DNA from: the human T2T-CHM13v2.0 reference genome, Homo sapiens
Assembly (NCBI RefSeq): GCF_009914755.1
Contig: NC_060930.1
Strand: one strand, 5' to 3'
DNA length: 64,000 nt
The position numbers and the translations under genes were made by a program. Shown here piece by piece: positions 52,460-64,000 of this stretch; positions within the stretch are counted from its first letter, which is position 1, and each line of letters opens with the position of its first letter. The notes beneath the pieces were generated by a model. The model did not search any database and was not told the origin of the DNA. It saw nothing but the letters and a program-made list of their open reading frames with translations.

Positions 52460-55400
52460 GAATTACCAGTGCCTTGTAGTTTATTAATGTGTCAGGCTCA
52501 AGGTGCAGAATGCCAAGTGAGAACTATCAAAGGTCCAGATGAAATGTGGCGCTGCTGTACCAGCCTTCTGCTGACAAACTCCTGAACTTCCTCCATGTGA
52601 GAAAATGCACCTTGTGTGGTGAAGGCTTTGGTATTGGTGGCATTCTGTTACATATGGCCAAATCTAATCCTAACTTATGTAGCCTGAAAATTTTTTATTA
52701 TTAAAAAAAGAAGCCTTTTTAAAATGCCTTATAAAGTAGAAACTTCTTGAGTGTTTTTAATCTTTTGATATAGCAAATTTAGGGATCTATCAAGAACCAG
52801 CCATGGGCTCTAAAGTTAGACTTTAACAAATTGACTGCTTTCTTCAGCCATTTGGCAAAACCTCAAATTTAGAAGATTGAACTGAAGTGGGTCATGAATG
52901 TAATGACGTTTTCTTAGGATTTGGAGGACACCTTTCTAAAACATTTTGTCAACAGTTCTCCATCAATCTTCAGAGCTGATTAGGAGATAAGCTGGTACTG
53001 CCAAACCCTTCTCCCATAATTTTCATGTTTCTTTCTTGTGACTTCTAAGTTTATAACAATTAGCGTGTTTTGCTAAATCTGAGAAGGATAATCCATGACT
53101 GCTTTTAATTAATCAATCAATAACTACATCCCAAAGGATGTTTTTCATTTTTTCCTTCCTGCTGGAACACCAGTTCCCTGAAATAGACATGCCCATAATA
53201 TTCAAAGTGACCAGAAGCATAAATGTGACCACAGAAACAATGACCTTAGCAATTATGCCAGCAATGTGAATTGTTCAAGAAAGGAGGTGGGAACCACCTC
53301 CATTTATTCTCAATCAGTCAAAGCAGGGATGTTTGACTATCCAAAATCATTCAAAACAAACAAATAAGCAAAACAACAAGCAGCACAACTAATTCTAAAA
53401 AGCATGAATACAACCACCAATAAAAAACTTCCGCAATTTAAATTTATCACATTAAATGGTCTAAGGATTGTTATAATGAGCGAGGCACTCTGATCATCTG
53501 AAGCTAGGCTGCGGATGGTTTCATGCCATAAAAGGGGACAATATACTGAGACTTTTCACAGAAAATGCCCTTTTGAGGATATTAAAGCAGATGCTCTCTT
53601 TCCCTCACTCTGGAGCCTCCTGTGGGGTGAATCCAGTAGCTTCTAGATAAAGTGCCCACGCTGAAGTATTCAAATCCATTTAATGAGGCATCATGACAAA
53701 ATTTGGCAAGGGTTTTTTCCCCCTGCTCCTTTTCCACCTCAAACTGTTTTGATTCATTTGTGAAAAATTTACTTTTGCCAGTTGAAAAACCCTTTTGTGG
53801 CTGCCAGTCACTAATCTCCCCTCTGACACATCCATTCAACTAGACTAAATCCAATATTGACATTTGTATCTTAGGGGAAAGGAGGTTAAGCACTGGGAGG
53901 AAAAGCAACTCCCGAGCCACGCTGAACACTGCACAGCATCTAAATGAGCTACGATGGGTTTGATTCGAGGGGAACCCCCGAGAACTCAGGGGGGCTTTGA
54001 TCACATCCAGGGGCCGTCATTCTCTAGCTAGGCAGCCAAATAGACGTTGTTTGATGCTATCTATAGGTATCCGTAGCAGCCTAATTAAAATTCTTCCTAG
54101 TGCTCAGAAATCATTCTTCAGTACCATCATCTCAAGGGAATCTTTTCAATGTTTCTACTGGACTTTGCTTTCTCTGGCATTAAAAAAAAGGAATCCTCCA
54201 CTCTAGTTCCTTGAAAGTTCTGCTCACTTCTAGGATTACCAGAATTCTCTTTCTTAGACACTGGCCTTAAGGTCATAGGGAGGTAGTAAGGGTCCTTCCT
54301 ACCAAAGCCATGCTAGGTGATTTATTTAGTGAGAACCCTCCCATACCTCCCACCTCCATGCCCAAAGTATGTGACTACATGTCTTCAGTGTGCGATGAAC
54401 ATATTGACAGCTGCTTACTTAATACAGGCATTGCTAGAAAAACAAACAGGTTTTAATTTGAAATTTAAAATACAGATTAAATTGCCATGTAACAAAATAA
54501 ATATTTGCCATGGCAATTAAAGAGTGAATTTGAAATGGCTGAAGAACTGAATGGAAGTCAAAGTGAGAAAAAGTCAAAGTACAATTTGCAAACAAGGGGA
54601 ATGACCCGGTATTATTTGTATCCAACCTTCTTCATCACTGAGGCATTACTCTTCTTTGTGTTTCTTACCAAGTTTAACAAAAAGGAAACTATAATATGAC
54701 ACAGAGGGTGCAATCCGTATAGCTTTCTACTATTTGCTGAGCCTTGGTTTTTTCTTTTCTTCTTAATTAAAAAATTCTCTAGTAAATAATATCTGACTGT
54801 CATAGCATGGAACCACTTAGCCCCTATGCCATCTTGGTAATGTATCGCAACATTCTGTTGCTTTAGAAACATGTTAATTTTGTCCAAGTTGCTGATGGGG
54901 TGCAAGTTTGTCTACGAAATTTTAACACAATACTCTTTTATGTCTTTCTGCAGAGTTACGTACACACTTCTGTTACTGTAAACCTGCCACACTACAAACT
55001 TTGGGAACACAGAATAGTCATACATTTTTGAAAGTGTGTTTATACGACAATTTATATTTTGTTTCCAATTACCTTCAAAAGGAAAATCACCAGTAGTGAT
55101 TTCCTCTCTTTATTTTTAAACCAAGAGTAGTTAACTATTTTTCCCCAACAGTATATGATTTTTGCCTGTTTTGTAGCTATCACAAACATCATAAGCTGGT
55201 TTCACCGCATATTAACAGCCACATCAGTTTCTTATTGTTCCTCACGTTCAAGACAGACAAGTCAACTTCCTATATTCAAGCCCTCTAGGTTCCTCTTTCC
55301 TACCTACCTTTGAGTAAAACTGGTTGTCAAGCTCCATTAAGTTATTAATAGGTAAATGTTATAGCATGCTGCATCGGCTACTCATCACTATTGCCACCAA

Positions 55401-56147
55401 CTCCATAGATCAGTTAGAAAAATGGTGAAGCACAGAAAATTTATAGTGTTAATGTCAGAGGAAAAAAATCTTAAGCTTCAATCAACATTTAGACCGAAAA
55501 TGCCATCTATTTAGGTTTCCCTGAGAGTATAACATTGGTTTGTGAGTACTGATGAGAAATAAAGATCATCATAGACTCTTAGAGTGGGAGGGATATTGAA
55601 TATTGATTATGCCAATATAGTTTGCTGTTGGGCCAATTAATATCATTTACCCAACAAATTCATTGTCAAACCATAACTGTCAAAAAGTTAAAACTCTTGT
55701 ACAAATATTGCATGCATCTGTGTTAAAAATGTATTCAACTTATTAATGAGTTGAACCATTAAAATAACATTAAAATTAAGATGAGAAGATATTATACAAG
55801 GAGATAATTCTAAAATAAGTTTGCTGAATTAGAGAAAAAACTGGTTAATGTCCTGTAGGTCATAAGGGTAATAAAACCATAACTTTTGGGGTTATCTTTC
55901 TGGACAACAATTATTTCCCTCTCCTTTCAGGTTTACAAGTTAACATATATTTAATACTTAACCCAATGTCTGAAACTTTAAGTAATAGAAATAAAATCAA
56001 ACACAGGTACAGTTCCTAGATAATTAAATAATATTTGGGGGTTTTTAAGCAAACATTGAGAATATGTAATTGGAACATGTTTCTTTCTCCACTGGTTCAT
56101 GTTACCCAGGTTTATGTATGAGGTTATAAAAGGCAAATGTAAGCATG

Positions 56148-56212
56148 TTTTCTTTTTTTTAACTGTTATTTTAAGTTCAGGGGAACATGTGCAGGATGTG
56201 CATCCTTGTCAC
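56148..56212 (-). mobile_element. Very short old L1PA 3'-end fragment
   Basis: ttttaactgttattttaagttcaggggaacatgtgcaggatgtgca. Confidence 0.65.
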
Positions 56213-56489
56213 ATGCCTTCTTAAAGATTCATTGTAAGCTGTTTCATCATAAGCTGTTTTCTTTCAGTGAATGGAAGTGTTTGACAGAGAAACACCTTTG
56301 TAAGCTAACCTTGAGAATATGTTATTAGAAACATGTTCTTTCTCCATTGGGCCCTAGATATTTAGGTGACCCTGCTCAAAATATAAAACAAAACCTCAGT
56401 ATGACATTAAAAGAATATACCTTAAATCTTTTGTTTTATTTCCAAGTTTTAAATTGCATGATTAACAAACTTTTAGTTTATCCAGGGCC

Positions 56490-56972
56490 TGTGGAAGACT
56501 GAATGATGGCCCAAAGATATACATGTCCTAATACCCTGAACTTGTGAATATGTTATCTTACATGGCAAAGAGACCCTTGTAAGTGTGATACAATTAAGGA
56601 CTTTGAAAAGAGAAGATTATTGTGGATTATTCCAGAAGGCTCAATGTAATTACAAAGAAGGAGCTCTTTAGATCCTCCTCTTTAGAAAAGGGAGGCAAGA
56701 GGATCAAAGGCAGAAATATGAGATGTGATGACAAAAGCTGAGGTTGAAGTGATACCCTGTGAAGATGGAGGAAGGGGCCATGAACCAAGGAATGTGGACA
56801 GCCTTTAGAAGCTGGGAAAGGAAAGGAAGTGGATTCTCCCCTAGAACTTCCAGAAGGAATGCAGCCCTACTTTGGACTTCTGACCTCTAACAGAGTAAGA
56901 CAATAAATTTGATTTGTTTTAAGCCTTTCGATTTGTGCTAATTTGTTACAGCAGCCACAGCAAACTCATACA
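56490..56972 (+). mobile_element. MLT1D-like solo LTR
   Basis: tgtggaagactgaatgatggccc..gaagatggaggaaggggccatga.ccaagga...tttgttacagcagcc..aaactcataca; TSD gggcc/gggca. Confidence 0.9.
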
Positions 56973-57493
56973 GGGCACACAGAGAGGAACCTCATAGCAT
57001 CTTAAATACCAGACTTGGTAGAATAATGGCAAATTCTAAAAATCCAAGCTATTACCTTAAGTAGTTTGACCACCTACAATTAGTAGATCTAGAATGTAGA
57101 AAAGTTGATTTGAATGTTTAAGCATAATTATGTACAAAAACTACTCTTACTAAGTTAAGGACAGTCTGGTTAATCAAAACTAAACATGTAAACAAACCAA
57201 AAATTTCCCTTTGTTGAGTTTGCAAGTTTAAAGAAGAAAATCAAAACATGCTTTCATATGCTCACCAACAGTATGACTGCATAATTAGCACAGTCACTCT
57301 TAAATTCAACAAATGTGGCTTAAGTTTTTAATTCTTCTAGCTGACTATAAACTTTGAGTTTCAATATTATACAGCATTTTCTCTGCTGTATATACAGCCA
57401 TGAATCAGTTTGTTGTTTGACTCGCTCCTTGATATTGACTTCTAAAGCGACTAAATTTAATTCCTATACTTTATTGAAGCCACCTGGGTTTGG

Positions 57494-57817
<324 letters not shown>

Positions 57818-57849
57818 TAGCCACCCCCAGGAGTGTCTTATGTGCAGAT

Positions 57850-58250
57850 CTGATCTTCAAGGTTTAGGAAGGAATGATGGCACTTATCACTCCCCTCTGT
57901 AGAACTCTTTAAAGTGTTCCCATTGCGAAGTGTTTACCTGAGGCTGGAAGACACAGCATGGTCTGGCCCCTCTTTGACCCTCCAGCCCATCTTACTCCTC
58001 CTGGCCTCATACTCTGGGCTGACACCCACTGTACCTCCTTCAAGTTCCACTGATCAATGCACCTCTCCTTCAGGAGAATTCACCCTGCTTCCCTACCCAC
58101 AACCCAGGAAACATCTATCCCTTCTTCAGAGCCAGGCTTAGACCTAACCTTTCTTGGGAGTTAGAGACTCTGCTACATGCTTCCTCATTGTTCTGTTTGC
58201 TTATTAACTGTAAGGTCACTGGAAATGGGGACAATGTCTATCCATTTGTC
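57850..58250 (+). mobile_element. L2 3' region fragment
   Basis: atcactcccctctgtagaactctt...tggtctggcccc...actgtaag..cactgga..ggggac. Confidence 0.55.
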
Positions 58251-60613
58251 CTCTGTTGGGTTACACTAAGGCGACAAAAGAGCCTGCATACTTGAGTCCA
58301 TGCCATTTCCTCCACTGATAAGATCTAGGAAAAGAAGCAGCAAATGGTAGAAGTCAGTGTTATCAAGCCCAGACAGACCCTTTACAAGACACTGGTCACA
58401 GAGATCATGAGCAAGGGTGCAACCTCCAAACTTGGGAATGAAACAACAGAGTAAAGTACTGCAATGTCAACTCCTATGGCACTAGCCTCTGCAATATCAC
58501 CAGGAATTAGCACGTGAATTTCTCTGAGATTTCCATGGGATTCCCTGTGACTCATTTCTTGGGCACACTGGAAGCAGCATCTCTACAGATGGTGGTTGCT
58601 TGGGAATCCTTAAAGGGTGTGACAAAGCAACAGGGTTTTCACTGGGACCTGTAAGGCTGTACAGTTTAGGAGATCCTCCATGTGCCTGAACATGTCAGTA
58701 AACATTTGTTGGTCAATAAACTTTTGTTGAGCAATGAAAAATCTTAACAACATTTTTGCTAATTTGTACATTGTCCTATTTCATCTGAGCTACTGACCTT
58801 AATAACATAATAACATAATTTTGTTATTAGGCAGCAATTTGGGTATTAGAGGTTATTTTTAACTATCTGATTTTATTCATCTTGTTACTACTCTGAATTT
58901 TTTTGTCTCCTATCCATACCCGAGCTATCACTCACTAACAATTAATATTAGAACAGGTTAAGATAAGATGAAACAGAAGTTAGCAAGAAGAAAGAGGAGA
59001 AGGAGAAGAGATTATAATTAGTTCTTAATGGCATTTTAGTGCAACTGGTTTTTCTTAGTTTCTTGAGCTTTTATTCATTTCCAGATAATTCATGCCTTGT
59101 CTAGTTAAAACCTTCACAAATACCCGGAGAAGCCAAGGGTAAGGGGTTTCAAACAAAATATAATTATAGAGTCAAGGGATCAACTTTTTAAGTCGGAAAT
59201 AATGCTTTAAGTTTACCATCATTAAAATTCTTTCTTCTAATACTAGATGTTATTGTTCACCTACAATCAATCCAAGAGCTCCACTGTAAATGAAATTGTA
59301 GGAAAGAAATATATTGCATGCACAGAAGCAAACCTGTGTTTCCCTGCTAGACTCTAATTTGGGATGTTATTTCCCTCTCATCCAATTTACCATTACCAGA
59401 AAACGAAAATTTAAAGTATTGGTATTATTCAAAGCATCAGCAAAATGTATACCTAAACTGCTAGAAGTTAAAAATGTATCTTTATATCCAGGAATTTAAA
59501 AGTTTCTGGAGACAAACAGGAAACACGAATGTCACAACTGCAATTGAGAAAAATGTAAGGCAATTAATTATAGACTGTCTAGATTCTTAAATTAGAATTA
59601 TACACAACAAAGTAGATGGTCTTTTTTTTTTTCTCAAAAAGGCCCCAATGGGAAGGTGGTATAAATTTAATTTTGCTGATCATCAAGAAAGCTTTTGATC
59701 TAGTGCCATCTAAAAGCTACCACAAAAGTTACCTTTTAGCTATTTTAATATAAGTCAAATTTTGGAAAGAACATTAAGTAGATAAAATACGAGCTTGGGA
59801 ACCGAGACAAATAACATTAATAAGGAAATGTTTCCAAATGGAGAGTTGTGTAAAAGAGATGTTGAAAGAATCAGACCAATATTAGAAATTATTTAGTTCC
59901 ATTTTATGACACTAAAGTTAGGTCATAGGGAAGGCATGATAAACCAACGTTAAATTTCATAATCGAACTTTAATTACAACTGTAACAAGTAACGTGCAAA
60001 GAAACTACATCAGAATAGATTGGATAGATTATCTGGTTACTGTTTTCACATATCAGTAAATGTGTGCAGTGTGGAGCAGTTTAAGAGCTCCTTGTGCTAT
60101 TTAAACCCTTCTACCCATGTTCCAGAAAAAGAGAGACAGGCTCCCTTATGGAATTTACAAACCAGAATGGAAAACAGACATGGAACAAGAAACTGCCAGC
60201 GTGAGCTGCACCACACTGTGGGTAGCATTAGAAGAGAAAGCACAAGACTGTGTGGTCAGAAGAGAAGGTCGTGTGAGAGCTGGACAGCCCAGCCAGGGAG
60301 CACAGCAAGAGCTCCTGGAAGAAAAGCAGATGCTAAATGTGGTGGGCAACCAAACTTCGTAGAAAACTGTCTCCTTCTGGGAAGGAGCAGCAATCACGGT
60401 CACTGGGACCAGACACTCAAAAGCAGCCCAACTCTCAACTATCTAACCCCACAGTGAGGGGGAAGCTGAGGTCCTACTTCGATCAAACTGACCAGAACCT
60501 GCAGGGAGAGCTCTCCAAAGCCTCACATGCATACAGAGTATCAGTCTCCAATTCCCTTGTCTTTTCCTTCTTCCCCTTAAGTAGCAAAGGTAGGTCCTTA
60601 AGTTGCCATATTC

Positions 60614-61257
<644 letters not shown>

Positions 61258-61331
61258 TCAATCCACATTTCTAAACAGATGATGCATCATTATTCAGCAC
61301 GAAACCGTAAGTGAAAACTTGTGTTGTGTGA

Positions 61332-61678
<347 letters not shown>

Positions 61679-61773
61679 TTTTTTTTTTTTTTTTAATTTT
61701 TATTTTTTGAGATGGAGTCTCCCTCTGTCGTCCAGGCTGAAGTGCAGTGGTGCGATCTCTGCTCACTGCAACC
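61679..61773 (-). mobile_element. Truncated Alu 3' fragment in tandem with the preceding Alu
   Basis: T tract plus gagatggagtctccctctgtcg..gctcactgcaacc. Confidence 0.9.
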
Positions 61774-61912
61774 TATAACTGCGTTATTTTAAAGTACATG
61801 GTTTTTCAGTGTCTACTATATGAAGGCATTTTGATATTTGCTCTGAGATGTTCAAGAGGAATCATCTGAGATGTACTAGATGTATAAAGAGGCCTCAAAA
61901 AGCATATGGCTT

Positions 61913-62820
<908 letters not shown>

Positions 62821-63384
62821 AGAAGGCAGGTGGAATTAGGTGACACCTGCCTCGCAAGTCCACTAGGAGTTCTGTGCAGACCAGCTTCCAAACATCACAG
62901 ACTATTTCAGAAGCATCATCTCTATCATGGAATGTCTCATTGTTTGGGAATTACTGAAACAGTGGTTATAAACATATCTGAATTTGTTTGGGCTTCGTGA
63001 TATTGGAGACAAGTATCTTGAGTTCTATCCCAAATTGGAGATCAGACTTCTGTTGAAGTTGGCCCTGCTAAAGAGCCTCCTGATAAAAGAAATCCCACGT
63101 GTGAACTGAAGCACAGGTCTCTGAGTCCAGGAGGCCATGGGCACAGCTACCATGTGAGGCTGCATGTGGCTGTGTGGTTTGTGCACTGCACAGAAGCCAT
63201 GGCTGATAGGGTAAGTTGGGGTTGAAATCCTCAAGGCTAGCTGTTTACTAAACTGTGTCCCCATACCCTCACCCAAGAGCTGTGCTCATCCAGAGAAGGT
63301 GATTTAACTAATTTGTCTACTCAGACAGGATGCTCATTTCTGTTCATTACGAAATACTTATACCTATGCATCTGATATAAAGGC

Positions 63385-63712
63385 ATATTATTTATCTGTG
63401 GTGAAGGACCAGTTTTGTGTTGTGCGGTTTCAATTTCCAATCTACTGAAGAGCATCCTGTGGTCCTACTGCATGTGACCATGACCAGTACTCTGTGTGTG
63501 AGGCATGCAATTTACCAGGTGTGTTTGACAACACCCCAGCTGGTCCGTATCCTGATTCAAGACTTTTAAGACCACTGATCATGCATTTGGCTGTTTCAGC
63601 AAAGTCAAATTGCTGTAACATTCTCTAACCACTTATATTAGCATTGTGCTTTCTCACTCAGACTATTAATAGCTCGTGAACCAGGACTGGTGCCTGGACA
63701 ACACTTTGATTA
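63385..63712. mobile_element. Probable hAT-Charlie DNA transposon fossil
   Basis: tgtggtgaaggaccagttt...ggactggtgcctggacaacactttgattag resembles Charlie-type ends. Confidence 0.4.
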
Positions 63713-64000
63713 GTTTATGCCATCCAGCCTACATCCCCATGCCAATGATGCAGGGTTGAGCTAGAACTTGCACTGGGGGAGCCGCTGACAGAACCAGGTT
63801 GGACATCTCACCTGCAAAGGGCCTACTCATTGACTGACTATTAATCTATTTAATGAGACACAGCACATGAAAGTCAGCCTGATTGGGAGAGGCTAATCTC
63901 TGGACCAATCAGTTGGGTTCTCTCCAGTGGAGATAGAGCACAGTAGCTTATCTAACAAAAAGAAATAAGGGCAGGGAGCACAAAGAGAAAGGCAGAAATA

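Noticed and set aside
54505-54699. Protein-looking peptide MAEELNGSQSEKKSKYNLQ
   Set aside because: Short purine-rich ORF with no recognised homologue and no good acceptor or donor.
60020-60457. 145-aa ORF in non-Alu sequence
   Set aside because: Begins at a non-ATG codon, has no recognisable domain or convincing splice context, and its length is compatible with chance.

Overview
This is human non-coding genomic DNA (intronic or intergenic), dominated by interspersed repeats. I could not identify a protein-coding gene, RNA gene or CRISPR array. The supplied ORFs are explained by L1 ORF2 remnants, Alu or SVA-VNTR reading frames, microsatellites or chance. Main elements: (1) an old L1 (L1PA15/16-like, 8038-13101, +) that keeps both ends and its TSD but has a very short 5'UTR, an RT-core deletion and two templated-insertion scars; (2) a full-length SVA (D-like, 32294-35206, +) sitting in a GAAA tract without a clear flanking TSD; (3) a ~10 kb nested stack (L2 > L1ME > THE1/L1MA > Alu/L1HS) that includes a ~116 bp L1HS-Ta insertion, which is human-specific and possibly polymorphic; (4) about 18 Alu/FLAM copies, MaLR LTRs, DNA-transposon MITEs, and MIR/L2/CR1 fossils. 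The unique DNA holds candidate minus-strand small exons (a 21-nt microexon at 36140-36160 and an ATG-containing exon ending at 21558) and several motif-rich enhancer-like blocks. None of these can be confirmed from sequence alone. I found no demonstrably new biological system. Subfamily names come from recalled consensus features, and boundaries of old repeats are approximate.
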